A stretch of DNA of 64,000 bases from the human T2T-CHM13v2.0 reference genome, Homo sapiens (GCF_009914755.1 NC_060927.1), one strand, 5' to 3'. Shown: positions 1 to 15,214, numbered from the stretch's first letter. The notes: generated by a model from the letters alone, not told the origin. A program made the numbers and translations.

Positions 1-1289
1 ATAATGTCTATAAGACTCCTCCTTTGGGTCTGGCCCATGGTGGGCACTTTGTGATGTAATTACTGTCAGTAATAGGGCGGTAGTTTACCCAGGATGTGAT
101 CACCACGGCATCCATCTAGTGAGTATGAGTGGGCATTTCTCCTGTCTGTGAGGGAGACAGAAGAATGCTGGGGAGGCACAAATGAACAAACACACCAAAG
201 AATTCTGGCTCTAGAAACTGGGAAGGAGCTCATGGAGAATGCCTTGGAGGTTGAGTGAGTCAAATAGCCAGGCAGAGAGAGAAGGATGGGTGTTAGTGCA
301 GGAGCGGGAAGCCATGAGTACCAAGGCCTGGTGATGGAAAATGTGCTCAGCTTTCGGTTAGGCAGGTTGTATGGCTGGACCATTGAGGTGACGTCGAAAG
401 ACCAAAGTATCAATGTATTTTGGGACATATGTGTGACTGAATTGCATGCTCTGGTTCCTCACAGATGTTTAGAGCCCCATATAGCCAGATCCAGGCCAGG
501 GTGCTTATCTCATGCATTTCTTGTGGGCCCTGGGGGGAATCACATGGAAGTACGCTCCCTCCCCTGTCTTCCCGCCCCCCACATCCCCCTCCTCCCATCT
601 AAGCTAGGACAGTTTCTACACACCTTCTGGGAATGGGAGAACTAACATTGTTATCTCATTCATGTGGACAAGTGGTTCTTAAGATACAGTCGCTGAAATC
701 CTAAGGTTCCTTTGAAAATGCCTCATGTTCCTTTGAAAAACAGTGTAAAATAAAGTGGGGAGGGAGTGGGAGCAAATGCCTATTCCCCATGTCAAAGACA
801 GCAGGTCAGTTTTGGTCTGTTTTATGTATTGGTCCTTTGTATAATGTTTTCTCTGAAAAAAAAAAGGATTCTATGCCACCAAAACAAACAAACAAACAAC
901 AATAAAACATTTTTATATCTGAATATTTTGAAAACCACAGCAAACTTGTGGGGTTGAGGGGAGGGAAGAGGGAAGAGAAGAGACAGGAGAGGTGAGTGCA
1001 AAAAGGAGGGATGTGAAAGGCCAGGTATCCATATCAATTGCCAGAATGATTGCTTTTGTAAAACAATAGGAATTGTTTTAAATCTGCTTAGGCAGAGGAG
1101 GGAAGTTCCAAATCTATAGCTAAATGTAACTTGGAATTTTAAGACTTTCACCTTCTGAAAGAAATGGAAGAATCTACTACATGGAAATATGGGAGAGAGA
1201 AGACGCACTTCTCTTAGCTTGGGCAAGCTGTAAATAGGCAAACTTCAATAATAATAGTATCTATAATTTATTAAGATTATTATTTTAAT

Positions 1290-1372
1290 CCATATTTCTT
1301 TCAAATAAGGAAACAAGTCTCAGAAAGTTAAGTAACATTCTACAAATCTCGCAGTTGGTAATAATAGGGGTA
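1290..1372 (-). mobile_element. MIR fragment (core)
   Basis: ataaggaaacaagtctcagaaagttaagtaac... resembles the reverse-complement MIR core (gaggaaactgaggctcagagaggttaagtaac); boundaries approximate. Confidence 0.55.
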
Positions 1373-3353
1373 ATTAATAAACTTAGAGATGGCTGATGGA
1401 GATCATGTAACATGTTTCCAACTGCTCCAAGTCCAATTTCAAGAGCAAACACTGGCTATGGGACCCAAGATCATTTGGTTACATTGGAAAATTCCACAGG
1501 AAGAACATCATCCACCACAGCTACTGAAATCTTTGGATCTTTTGTTTTATGACTCTTATCTCCTGTCTCCTATCCCCCCGGTGGACTACCATATAGTTTT
1601 TAAAGCCTTGAGAGGAATGAGATACGCCAAGCTTTTATATGCAAAAAAGTGTGGTTAATGGGGTTGTAATTACATCTTAATTATTATCAAAAATTTATCC
1701 TTATGCCAATCACCCTCAAAGCTTCAAATAAATATATTAAAACTTTTATCTTAAAAAAGATTTTTATTTGTAATCAAATATTCTATTCCATATAGTTCAG
1801 AGCCAATATCTATTTAGTTCTTTTTTACCCCTAATCTCTTAGTCTCAGCTAACTCATTTTTTAAATGGACATAATCAGGCCAGCTTCAAAGAGTGGTACA
1901 GCAATATTAACGTACATGTCTTTCTCCTCTACCTGATTATAAAGTTCCCGAATGGAACAGTTGTCTCACTGAGTTAATAAATTATTTCACTAGATTGAAG
2001 TTGTTGTTTTACAGATACTGCCTGTAAGGTTGGCTCCCCAGGGTTTAAGGTCACAGCAGTTTCATAGCTGAGCACTGATGGGGCACACAGCTCTGATCAC
2101 GGTAAGGAGATGTGGCCAACAGGAAGAAAGACACAATAGCACAACAGGGAAGGAGGAAGGGAAGCAGGAAGGAGGCATAAATACACAAGAACCTACATGG
2201 ACAAACAGAGCAAAAGAGCAAATGATGACTGTCAATGGCAAGATCCTCTCTCATCTCGATTGTTCTTGTGCTGTTATCACCATGGAGGTTTCTCTGCCTT
2301 CAGCATCCTCCAGGCTCCTCTCTGGCTCTGCAGGCACCTCTTTTCCGTCTCCTCCTGCTGCCCTAGGCTGAGCTGAATTCAACTTCTGTGCATTCTGCAC
2401 TTTATATGCTTCCTTCTCCTTCTGATCTGTATCTGTGAATTCCTGCCACATGGAGGAAGCCCCATCAGTGCCTGCTCAAAGGTTGTGCACCTCACGCAGA
2501 TTCAGGGAGTAAACAGGAGAATATACCTCCTGGGAGTGATCTTGCATCATCTAAGTTCTATGCAACTGACACACAGTAAACTGTTTGAAATAAGTCTTGG
2601 TAACATCTTTTATCATTGTTCAGAATAGCTACAAGTGAATGTTAAAAGCCTTCTTTTTGCTAGCTGCACTGTGAAGTGGTTTAGTCTGAACAGAACTGAA
2701 GCACACATCTCAGGGATGGTTGTGGAGAGTACTGAGTCATTTTAATGAAAGTCGCCTTCTAGCTCCAAAGGCCCTTGTCCAACTGGTCTGCTAGTCCAGG
2801 AATTCTCTGCAAGTTGGCAAGAACAAAACCTCGATGGCCTTGAGCTGTAGTCCAGTTGAATCCCTGTGTGTTAATTGCATGTCAAACTGCAGCAAGGAAG
2901 GCAGACAGAGGGGCTGAGCACTGTTTATTGGTTGTTTGAAGCTGAAACACTTTTCATACAAGTCCTATAGATCTCTCTCTGCCTTACTGACAGGGTAGGT
3001 AGGACCCAATCAGGTCACTGCCTTCATTACTGCATCATTCTCAAGCACTTTACTTGTGACAATGTCCAAGTCTTGGCAATATTTGAACAGACAGCAGTGT
3101 TAGGGCGGGGCCATAAAGAACTTGGCTCAAGTCTCCTTTGTATATGGGGGAGGAGCTCATGATGGGGGAGGGGGATTGCTAATCTGCAAGCACAGTGATA
3201 CGGATATATTTAGAAGGCCCAGGGGTTATCCAACCACATAGAATAGAGTCTAAAGGGACTTTGAGCTGTTAATTGTCAAGTTCCCTTTCAGAGGAAAACC
3301 TTTAGGAATAATTTCCCTTGGGTTGCTCTTTAATGTAGAAAGTCTGTCTAGAA

Positions 3354-3581
3354 CAGGATTTCTCAACCTTTGCATTACTGATGTTTAGGGCCAGATAACG
3401 CTTTTCTGTGGGAGGAGGGGGGCATTGTCCTGTGCATTACAGGATATTTAGCAGCTTCCCTGGCCTTCACACTTTAGGTGCCAGTAGCATCCCCACTCTT
3501 CAGTAGTGATAACCAAAAATGTTTCCAGACATCCCCAAATATTCCATGGGGAGCAAAATTGCCACCAGTTGAGAACCACTA
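3354..3581 (-). mobile_element. MER20 (hAT-Charlie MITE), full length
   Basis: Termini caggatttctcaacc...gttgagaaccacta; internal tgtcctgtgcattacagg, ccagtagcatcccc; 8-bp TSD gtctagaa (3346-3353) / gtcgagaa (3582-3589), 7/8 match. Confidence 0.9.
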
Positions 3582-4404
3582 GTCGAGAAAATAGCAATGC
3601 TTATGTCCAGCTATGAAATGAAATACAGAGCTCAAACTTCACACCAAATAGTTTGAGCTACCCTAATTCCCAGTCTAGTTGTGCTTTTATAAGACTTCAA
3701 ACCGGTTACATTTATTCCTAAGTCTAACGCCAGATCACCAAATCATTCTAAGCTATCCAAGGTCATTGGATCCAACAGACTCAATGTCTCCCTAGGGGCA
3801 ATGTTGGCATATATGAGAATAGCTTTTGCAGGCTCATCTACTAAATCAACAAATATTTATTAAACAATACGTCAAGTTGTGGGGTTTTGAAAAGATCTCC
3901 CTGAAACTTCTAAGGAGATAAACCCCCTTTCCCATCTAAAAGGAAAGAAAAACCACAGCAATATTTTTTTTAACTGCCAAGAAATTAGCTCTTCTGCACT
4001 GTTTCCGTACAATTTGGTCACCTATTATCCTTGGACTCAAATCCTCCCCCTTCCTGTTCAGGGGTTCACTCTCTCATCAACTTGATGCTTTGCAGTTATC
4101 ATAATTAATAGCCTTTCCCCAGATAGCTAGGTCCAGAAAGCCAAAAACAAAGGGAAAACCATTGAGTGAATGCCTACCATCTGCCAGACACTCTTCCAAG
4201 CATTTCACACACACAAACAACACCTCTGATCAAAAGTTAGTATTAGATAAGCTCATAGACAAAGAAACTATAAATGCAATCCTGAGAAATAGGAGGAAAA
4301 AAATACACGCAAACTGAGATCAGCACCTGAGTTGGCAGAGGAAGGATATTAAATAAGGAGGTCAACAAATAAATTATTTTCCATATATGCCTACAATTTA
4401 GGGT

Positions 4405-4596
4405 TACAGTAGGACTTTGGGAACTCAGGGGAAGGGTGGGAGGTGGAGAGGGATAAAAGACTACAAATTGGGTGCCGTGTATACTGCTTGGGTGATGGGT
4501 GCACCAAAATCTCACAAATCACCACTAAAGAACTTACTCATGTAACCAAATATCACCTGTTCTCCAAAAACCTATGGAAATAAAAAATTTTAAAAA
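4405..4596 (+). mobile_element. L1PB-like 3' UTR end
   Basis: gggataaaagactacaaattggg...gggtgatgggtgcaccaaaatctcacaaatcaccactaaagaactt...aataaaaa, characteristic L1PB 3' end. Confidence 0.85.
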
Positions 4597-7291
4597 TATA
4601 TTTTAATAATCTGGGAAGTGACCTTTTGCCCTTAAAAGTTACCCTTTCCTCCATCCTTGTCACCCTAGCACTTTAGGTATAAGTCTTTTATGGCCTTTAC
4701 ACATGTGCCTTACCTCATCATGAGTTTTCCCTGGCTTTTCCTCCCCATCATTCAAGAGCGGGCTCCTGGTTTATCCATCCCTGCAGATCCCCAGTGGGTG
4801 TTCAGTCCTCTGCACACCACTGACTCTTGGTACGAGAGCTGCACTCCATTTGACCAGTAAGTGAAGTCCCTTCCTTTTGTCCTATTCATTATTGTGACTT
4901 CCCCACTGCTGATGGTGGAGTCTCAGCCCAGCTACTATCCTAAGTGGGGCTACTTCCTCAGCCACTCTCTTCAAATTGGCCCTGGAGGAGAATAAACTAG
5001 AATATATAGGTTTGATTCCTAGTTCCAGGACCGTATTACACCCCACAAGTGTTTCATCGTAACATGCTTCTCAAGCAGAGTCCATGTTTGTGTGACTGCG
5101 AGTCAGAGGGTCCTCAAGAGGTCCTCAGAGAAGGATGATAAATAAAGTGACAGACAGAAGACAGAATGCTCACACCTGGCCCAGGCCCTGGTCCGGTTAA
5201 TATCCTGCCTTGTCTTTCACACTATGCTTTTTACTCCCAATAGAGACATGAAACAGCAGATGAGGGAAAATGCCTTGGGTCAAATAAAACAGCATGGATA
5301 AAAGGCTTCATGTGTGTAGACCCACTCTTCTCTGGGCCTTGGCTGCAAATCCAGATTCTGGCACCTGCATCTTCCCAAGGCAAAAGGAAGTTGTGAAGGT
5401 CAAGAATAAACTTAAGAGTTTTCACCTTAAGAGGCACTTGCTACTTAGGGTATTATTGTCTTACCCCTATAGTCAACAGTTATTTTTCAATAGGTGCTAT
5501 TTGTAGGACATAGTGTTAGGCAGGCATGGGGGGACACACAGGGTTAACAAGACCTTGCCCTTGCCCTTGAGGGGCATATGGCGATGCTACTTAAAGGGGG
5601 CCTCATGGACCATGCCTGGTTGCGTGTTGTTTGAGATCCATCCTTAATGAATAAGAAGAGAAATTGAGAGTAAGCATTTAGGAACGCGAATAGTAGGTAA
5701 TGTTTTATCTGTTGAATCTAATAACAAAAATTCAGATTTGCATTGTATGTCTTATTTTCACTTTACTTTCTGCAAATTCAATGCTTAGTACACTTCATAA
5801 AGGCAAGGGTCTACAACAGATTGGAAATTTTAACAACCAACTTGTCCTTAACCATAGACAATTGGAACAGCACTCATCTAAAACACATATGACTAAAATG
5901 AAAGGAAGGTAAGGATAAACGTCTTAAAAAGCTAAACTAGTTCAATGTTATAGAGGGGAAGGAAGATTCTAAGAAAGGTGGGTGCAAAGGTACAGGATGC
6001 TTAGGAAGTTGCAAAGCTCCCCCTTCCGTAGCTGAGTAAAATTAAACCAAAAGAAGTAAAAACAACAAAGAAATTATTCACACTAATAGCAGAAGTGGTC
6101 TCAATGGTATGGAATACATATCCAGATGTATCATTTGGGTCTGAAACTATTGGGACCAAATGTAGTGAAGATTCTAAAAATCAGAACAGGGTTTCCTTCT
6201 GCAAGAAATGATAAGCAATAAGCTTATCATTGAAAATAAGGAAATTCTCAAAAACACCCACTGATGTCTCACACTAGGCAGGGATTGGGACTGGAGTTAT
6301 GGGAAGGTCCCAGAGTAAGTTCCTCAATGTGCCTTCTGGAGCCACCTTTCTGCATCCTGTAAACAATATTCTGAGGCTACAGAGGTGGAACTATAGGAGG
6401 AGATAAACTTTGTAATAGTTTAGCAGGTGGTCGAAGCCAAGTAAGTAATAATATCCTTGCAGCAAGTGTTTCAGTTGAAGCCTGGCAGCAAACGAGGAGG
6501 TTAAAAAGAGAAAAATGCCTGTAACCACACCAAATCAAATGCTTACTACATACAGGGTTTCTCTAAAGCTCAAATTCCATTAAAGAGCCTGCTTACACTA
6601 CAGATGGGAAAAATTTAAATCTGGGGACACCTACCCTTTGAGACGGAATCCACTCTGTCTTGAGTGAGGTGGATTCTGATGCACGAGTGTCAGTAAAACC
6701 AGAGATGAATCAAAGAGTCCAAGTTACCAATGACAGGGACCACCTTTCCCTGGGAAGCTGAGAGACTATCAACATTCCTGGATCTCATGTTATAAGAGAA
6801 GAATTCACACATTTGAGGTGAACATCCTTTTTCTGGCAAATAGGAAGACCAGTTACCTGCCTTTTTAAAGATGAACAAGAAAAAAATAAAAGGTAAAGGA
6901 GGAAAGCAAAAGAAGACAAATTGGCATGTTTCCGATACGAACATTTTGTCTCCTAGTCAACCCTCCAAGCCCCACTAAAAGAAAAGAATACAGCATAAAC
7001 AGTGAGAGAGGGTGGGCTGGGCAGAAGAGGGAAAGAAAGAGGGGGAGATCATTTCTTTTAATTTAATTTTTAAAATGACAACTAAATTCACAAATAAATT
7101 ATAAATCACATGGATGAAATAAATGACCAAAATGTGGTAAGAAAATATGATATGATGAATAAGGATTTAGCAGGACTTAGAAAAAACTGAGGAGAAAAGA
7201 AATGCTTTTGTAGGACATAAAACTGCATCAAAGCAAGAAGCACAACTATTGCCACAAAAAAAGCACATTTGAAAAATACAGGAAACATAAC

Positions 7292-7654
7292 TGTATTAGT
7301 CCGATTTCATGCTGCTGATAAAGACATACCCAAGACTGGATAATTTATAAAGAAAAAGGTTTAATGGGCTCACACTTCCACGTGGCTGGGGAGGCCTGAA
7401 AATCATGGCAGAAGGCAAAGATTCTTACATGGCATCACATCTTACATGGCAGCAGGCAAGAGAGCATGTACAGGGGGGGACTACCTTTTATAAAACCATC
7501 AGATCTCCTGAAACTTATTCCCTATCACAAGAACAGCACGGGAAAGACCCACCCCCATGATTCAATTACCTCTCACCAGGTCTCTCCCACAACATGTAGG
7601 AATTATGGAAGCTACAGTTTGAGATTTGGGTGGGGACACGACCAAACCATATCA
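7292..7654 (-). mobile_element. THE1 solo LTR (THE1B/C-like, ERVL-MaLR)
   Basis: tgtattagtcc...ccaaaccatatca termini; 5-bp TSD ataac/atagc. Confidence 0.92.
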
Positions 7655-7719
7655 ATAGCATATGAATAGAAATAAATTTACAAATTGTAAATAAGAATGG
7701 TAGATATGAAAGGAAATAC

Positions 7720-7769
<50 letters not shown>
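7720..7769. repeat. Compound microsatellite (TA)n(CA)n
   Basis: Directly visible. Confidence 0.97.
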
Positions 7770-7771
<2 letters not shown>

Positions 7772-8169
7772 CATATTCTGTATGTTTACTATATATTGTA
7801 ATAATTTAATATATTGACCTGAGTCTACAAACTGAAAAGTCTCATAGGTCCTGGAAAAGTGAATACACATCAACCAATGCTGAGAAAAAAAATTTAATAA
7901 AATTACTGTACTTTAATAATAAAGAATTCTATAAGTGCATATATATAGTAGACAAGTCACTTCAGAAGAGAGACCAGGTACATTTCTCATGGAATTAGAT
8001 ACCAGAAGATAATGACAGCTGCAGGCTAAAGGCATGGGCTATAGGGATGTGCACTCCTGGCTTGGCCACTCACTTGCTATGTGACCTTGCTCTAGTATCA
8101 GTTACCTGAACTTTCTGCTTTGCAGTATCCTCATGTATAAGCAAGGATGACCCTTTCCTAAAAATAACC

Positions 8170-9360
<1,191 letters not shown>

Positions 9361-9379
9361 ACAAAAACCAATAAGTATA

Positions 9380-10105
9380 TGAAAAAACGTTCAAGACTAC
9401 CAATAATTATACTAATACAAGCAAAACCAACACTGAGATAATATTTTTAGCCAGGAGATTGGCAAAGATATGGCAGTATCTAAGTCAGAGAAGGGTGTGG
9501 GGCAATGAGCCCTCTTTTGAACTCTTGATCAGAGTGAAAATCCCTAGATACTTTCTGGAGGGCAGTTTGGCAATATTTGTCAAATTTTTGAATGTGCGTG
9601 GGCTTTGACCGAATAACTCTACTCACAAGGATATGTTCTAAAAAGAAAAACACACACGTACATGTGCAGTACAAACAGCAAAACTCAATATTCAACGTTC
9701 AATAAAATTCGTACCACTTTAAAATGATGAGCAGATTTACATTTACTGACTTGAAAAGATACCTACAATATGTTAACCATAAAATGAAGTATGTGAAATG
9801 TGAAATGGTAAATTCAAAAACAAATATTTGAGTACTTACTGAGTGCCAGACACCCACTGAGGCATTGTGAGAGGCAGCAATGAACAAGACAGAGGAAGTT
9901 CCTGCTCTCACCGAGGATAGAACAAAAGCATGAGCCCACACTACCTCGTGACATGTGTCTGGGGAAAATGGTGGCCAGGGGTAAACAATGTTATCTGCAT
10001 TTAATAGGATTTGGGGTAATTTCTACTTTCTTCTTCACCCTTCTTTTTACTGTTTTAAAGTTTTTAAACGCACACGCATGGTTATTTTAATTAGAAAAAA
10101 AGTTA
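9380..10105 (+). mobile_element. L1ME 3' region remnant with a small L2 fragment at about 9820-9930
   Basis: tttctggagggcagtttggcaatatttgtcaaattttt and the terminal ttctactttcttctt...ttttaattagaaaaaaa are typical of L1ME 3' ends. Confidence 0.6.
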
Positions 10106-10673
10106 TTTTCTGGGAGGTGTAGAAATCGTGTGTGGTGAAGGGCACAGGTGGACTTGGCATTTGAGTGGTGCTAGAAAATGAGGGTAGAATTTGCATTTAT
10201 CAGATTGAAGTGGGCATTTCCCATTATGATAAATATATTATCATTAGTAATTGTGTTTAAAATAAGAGCAACATGATTTTCCATATAAACACACAATGAA
10301 TCTCAGACAAAATTTCATTTCTAGATGTAGCAATTCCAGAAGTCATCTGAGTCCTCATCTTCCAAAGATAAATACAAAAATCAATTAACTAATTAACTAC
10401 AGCTTTTGTGAATCATTCACTTCAGTGTTTCCCCAGCTGGGATGAAAGAGCCAACAGGAAACTCCTGTGTAGTTCTAGGTGGTGGCAACTTTACCACAAC
10501 ACTGGTAACTTCGTAGAGTTCCTAATGTCTTCCCATTTGACAAAGCCATAAAATATTTGAAAAAGAAAAGAGTGCATGCTTTAGTTCAACTTATTTTAAT
10601 GTTTGACTTTAACTTTGAGAATAGACACTCAGTATTTTGATGTTGACATCTGTTTTATGTTTCGGTTTTTCTT

Positions 10674-10974
10674 TTTTTTTTTTTTTTTTTTTTTGAGACG
10701 GAGTTTTGCTCTTGTTGCCCAGGCTGGAATGCGATGGTGCATCTCAGCTCACTGCAACCTCGGCCTCCCGAGTTCAAGCGATTGTCCTGCCTCAGACTCC
10801 CGAGTAGCTGGGATTACAGGCTTGCACCACCGCACTCGGCTAATTTTGTATTTTTAGTAGAGACAGGGTTTCACCATGCTGGTCCGGCTGGTCTGAAACC
10901 CCTGACTTCAGGTGATCCACTCGCCTCCACCTCCCAAAGTGTGGGATTGCAGACGTGAGCCACCGTGCCTGGCC
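10674..10974 (-). mobile_element. AluSp/Sq-like, full length
   Basis: poly(T), gagacggagttttgctcttgttgcccaggctgg...gagccaccgtgcctggcc; degenerate TSD atgtttcggtttttctt / atgttttgattattctt. Confidence 0.93.
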
Positions 10975-11549
10975 ATGTTTTGATTATTCTTAAATGTGCA
11001 CTTCAATTGATGTGAAGTCCTCAATTTTTGGATGACATCTGTCATTTGAACCACAAAACTGTCTTGGCTTCCCCGGAAGCCCATCACAGAAATAATGGGG
11101 TTCATTGCCTTCCTCAACACCATATTCATTTGTGTTTTTTATAAGGTTGACATTAACATTAGAATGTCCTGCCTGCTACTGTCTTCTGAAAGCCATCAGA
11201 ACATTTATGGCTTTATGAAGATTCTCTTCAGCACTCATGTTTCTGCATTACATTGGAGAACCTCTTTTCCATCATTTGAGAGCAAAGAGCTCATATTCAA
11301 CCCATCTTCCCCCATTCAACATTAGAAACAAAAAGGGGGTACATGTCATAGGTTTCTTAAAGTAAAATTAGAGAAAGGCATGAGAACGCAAGCTTCAAAA
11401 ATAATGAATTGTGCTCTGCTCTAATAGTTAAGCCTGAGGAACAAAACGAAGCTTAAACAAGAAAAAAATTTTATTTCAAAAAGATAAGAAATGGGAAGTG
11501 AGAGTCTAGACTGCTTGACATAATCATCACACACTCTGTTCACTAGGGT

Positions 11550-11835
11550 AGGCACTTGTCTTCATGGTAGAAGATGGCTGCTGGGGTTCCAGCTATCTCA
11601 CTGGCATTCCAGACAGCAGAATGAAGGAATAGAAGGGGATCTTCTCTCCCTTTTCAGGCAACTTCCCATAAATCCCACACAATTCTGTCTAAATCTCAAT
11701 TTAGTCACTTGGCTGCATCAAGTTACAAGGTAGGTTAGCAGAAGCAATTTTATTAACCAGGTGGTGATGTGCCAGATAAAAATCAGCATTCTTATTAATG
11801 AGGCAGAATGAAAGAACGGATATCAGGAGACAACA
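11550..11835 (-). mobile_element. MLT1J-like LTR fragment
   Basis: aagatggctgctgggg...gtcacttggctgcatcaagttacaagg...ggatatcaggagacaac resembles the MLT1J 5' end in reverse. Confidence 0.55.
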
Positions 11836-12751
11836 TGTGGACACATGCAAGCACATGTTATGCATAATTTTAAGGACTGTTACCAAAGTTCTTTTTAGAG
11901 AAGGAGCTATCACTATTTAGTCACCACAATGTCCCACTTGTGTATGAAAAGACAGGGCCCAGGTCAGCATCTGGAAAAAGAAAGCAAATCCAAAGTAGGA
12001 TTGAATTTCAGATAGGAAGAATCTGAGTTTTGTTGTGCCCAAGAAAGAGGTGGGGAGAAGGGCACTAAAAATATGGAAAGGAGCCAGAGAACTTTAAGAG
12101 ATGGCACAGTGAGTTTTTAAAAGAAAGAGGAGGAAGTAAAGAAGGAAGGATAAAAAGAAGAGAGGAGAGAAGGAGAGGAGGAGTGCTAAATGGTAAAATA
12201 ACGAAATAGATTTGTAGAACAGAGATGGCCACTATGCAAACCTCCTTCCATCTGCCCAAACTTAACTAATTCACGAAGGCCCTGTGGAGGAGGTGTGTGC
12301 TGAAGAGGGAGGGTAGAAATCTAGAAAGAGGGCTAGGAAGGCCCCTTAGCCAGGTTAGTATATCCAACAGAGGACAGTGTCTGTGAGACAACATTAACCA
12401 AAGCAGAAGTTTTAAGACGAATGTGAGTAAGAGAACAACAGACCCCTCAGGAAGGCATGGAAATTTTGGGGGCTCTGAAGAACAGATGTACCACCAGTCC
12501 CAAAGTGGAATTTTGAGCCAATTCTCTCTGGAAATTAAAGGGCACTTCCATGAGAGTTAAGTTGTTATCAAACTTCAACTTGCCTCTCCTGCCAATCTCT
12601 CAATAGGCTCGTGAGGAGGATGGAGAAATGTTTATTGGAGCTTTAATAAAATATAAGCTTTATAATATAAAACAGCGAAGTTAAATGCCATACAGCTGGT
12701 TAGTGATTCAACCAGAACCAGAGGCTGTGTTTCTCATGGCCTCTTTAAATT

Positions 12752-12927
12752 AGGAAGGAAATAGGTGTCATGATCTCATCAACTGAGAGACAGTTCTGAG
12801 CAATGCACGCAAATGCATGACTGAGCCTGCGCTTGGCAGAAAGAGCACCCTGATTGATTAGTGATGTCTGCTCTGTGCTTTGGCAGTGGGAGCTTCAGGT
12901 GACATGCATTAGATCTGTAGTCCCCTT
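12752..12927. mobile_element. MER117-like hAT MITE remnant
   Basis: gaaagagcaccctgattgattagtgatgtctgc core and ggaaataggtgtcat terminus. Confidence 0.45.
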
Positions 12928-12986
12928 TAGAGCATGATGACTCTCTAATCACTGAGATTTATGGCAATGCCATTGGGTGTATTCAG

Positions 12987-14124
12987 TGTTGAGATGTTTT
13001 TACTCACACCACTGACACCAAATGAGAGGTGCTTTCTTCCCCTGACACCAATTCCTCAATTCTTTGCAGACACGAACTGGGTATTTAACAATTCAATTCA
13101 ATTTTGACACTATGTGAAATTAGCATGGACCCCACAGGTTAAGGGCTCAGTCCCAGAAGGCTACCTTCCACTTCAAATATACGTTGCAAGTCTCAGGACA
13201 CCCACGCTTCTGACCAGCCAGCTATAAGTCAAGGGTTCCCATGACCCCCCTCCACAGGCTTGATAATTTACTGGAATGGCGTACAGAACTCATTTACTGA
13301 CATTCACTTGTTTATTGTAAAGGATGCAACTCAGGAACAGCCAAATGCAAGAGATACACAGGGCAGGGTGTGGGGCTATGCAGAGTGTTCATGCTCTCTC
13401 AGGGCACACCTCCTGCCAGACCCCCAGTGTGAGACAGCCAAGTATAAAGGGATCACCGGAAAACCTCCAACTGGCCTGCACACTGGGAGGAGTGTGCACT
13501 GGGGTGGAGCCTCTGGAAGTTCATGCTGTTTGCAGGGGGAGGAGCCTGGCCTCTTTTGTTCCTGGGTGAACCTGGAATTTAATCTGTGAGGCAGGAAACT
13601 GGCCAGCAGGACTCTCTCTGCTGAGAGTTTCTGTTCCTCCCCACCTTTTTTTCCCTTTTCGCCCAATACGTTCCATTTTTCTCACCCTTCAAAGCATCTG
13701 CGAGCCTAATCTTTCCTGGTGGTGTGACAAGGACCCTAAGGAGAAAGTCCTACAACAGATGTGTGTGCCAACTCAGAAGCAATCTGAACCCCACCATTTA
13801 AGGGTTTTTATGGAGATTTCATTACGTGGAGCTGGTGGACTAAATCACTGGCCATTGGTGATGGACTGAATCTCCTGCCCATCTCCCCTCTCAGGAGGTA
13901 GAAGGGTGGGGCTGAAACTTCCAGTCCTCTAATCACAATCATGTGGTGTGGTCTTCCTGGCAACTAGTTTCCATCCTGGAGCTATCTTGGGGACTCCAGA
14001 CACCAGTCGTCTTATTAGCATACAAAAGACACTCATCACTCTGGAGATTCCAAGGGTTTTAGGCACTGTGTGCCAAAAACCTGGGACAAAAACCAAATAT
14101 TTATTTATTTTTTATTATACCACA
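12987..14124 (-). mobile_element. MER21 LTR split by a MER61 insertion
   Basis: Right end is the reverse complement of tgtggtataata...atatttggt...cctaaaacccttggaatc; internal ttaagggctcagtccc, aacaattcaattc. Confidence 0.85.
13430..13757 (+). mobile_element. MER61-family solo LTR (MER61A-like, ERV1) nested in MER21
   Basis: tgagacagccaagtataaaggg...ctaaggagaaagtcctacaaca termini (TG...CA). Confidence 0.8.
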
Positions 14125-14379
14125 GGCATGACTGTGGAGACTTGGAAAAGGAATTTTTTTAATTGCTTAGTTTTTAGTAAGCCCTTTCAAAAGTGAGACA
14201 AAAAATTAAAGAGAAGTAGAAGACATGGACTTCATGAATTGAAGATACTCTAGTTTATCTAGCTCAACCTGTGATGTGATACCCTAATCTTCTTTATCAT
14301 TCCATAAAATATTCAACCATCCTCAGGATTCCCGCAGGGAGCTGGAAGAATAATACATTTGGCAATAGTATACAACATG

Positions 14380-14600
14380 AGCCAAGCTCCTCCTATGTGC
14401 CTCACATTGTGTTTAAACCCTTTACAGAGCACTGTTTTTTCTAATCCTCCTAGCAATACTAAAAGGTGCATGCTATCAGTAACCTCATTTTCTAGATGAG
14501 TAAATCAGCCTCAGAGGTTAAGTATCCTCCCCAAGGTCCTACAGTGGGTAGGTGTCAAGGCTGAGATACTAATCAGGAGGCCTCCTGACAGCGACAGCGG
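14380..14600 (-). mobile_element. MIR
   Basis: cctatgtgcc...ctaatcctcctagcaa...cattttctagatgag...agaggttaagtatcctccccaaggtc. Confidence 0.7.
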
Positions 14601-15214
14601 CTGGTAACTTATGTCCCATTGTCTCTAGGACTGGACACCTGGAGGCCAAGCAGAGCCTCACCCATTCACGGGAACAAAAACAGATTTTGATTCCATGTCT
14701 GAGTTCTTCCCAGGGACCCCATCAGGGCTAGAGTGAATTAACATCCTTAGAGGCAGGCAGGTTGGAAGTGAAATGTTCATTCTTTGGCATCTCATTGATT
14801 TGGTTCCTATTAAGAAGAAAATTTCATAATTGAAATCTAGAAGAAGAAATATTTTTCTGAAAGTATGTCCTTCTCCATAGCACTTCTCTAGTCCAGTGTC
14901 CTTAGACTACAGTTGGATTATATGAATTAAGGCCTCCAAACAGATAATCACTGTACCTTCTCCTTCATGGACAGACAAGACATATAATGATGCTTCTCAT
15001 ACCATTTCACTCAATGGAACACCATTTTATCACTTATATTCTCGTGAAAATTTTCCAGAGTGACTCATTATGACAAATCCATGGACCCCAATCAATGGGA
15101 AGTGGCTGCTTTCAGGTAAGGGGAGGCATAAAGTCTCAGGGTCCATTTCTCATCTCCTCTGGACATTGGGCTGGGGAGATAAGAGGTGCCTGCCATCTAT
15201 TTGCTACCACTATG

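Noticed and set aside
6646-6676. Hairpin gaatccac...gtggattc
   Set aside because: Only an 8-bp stem; expected by chance in 64 kb and too short for a pre-miRNA.
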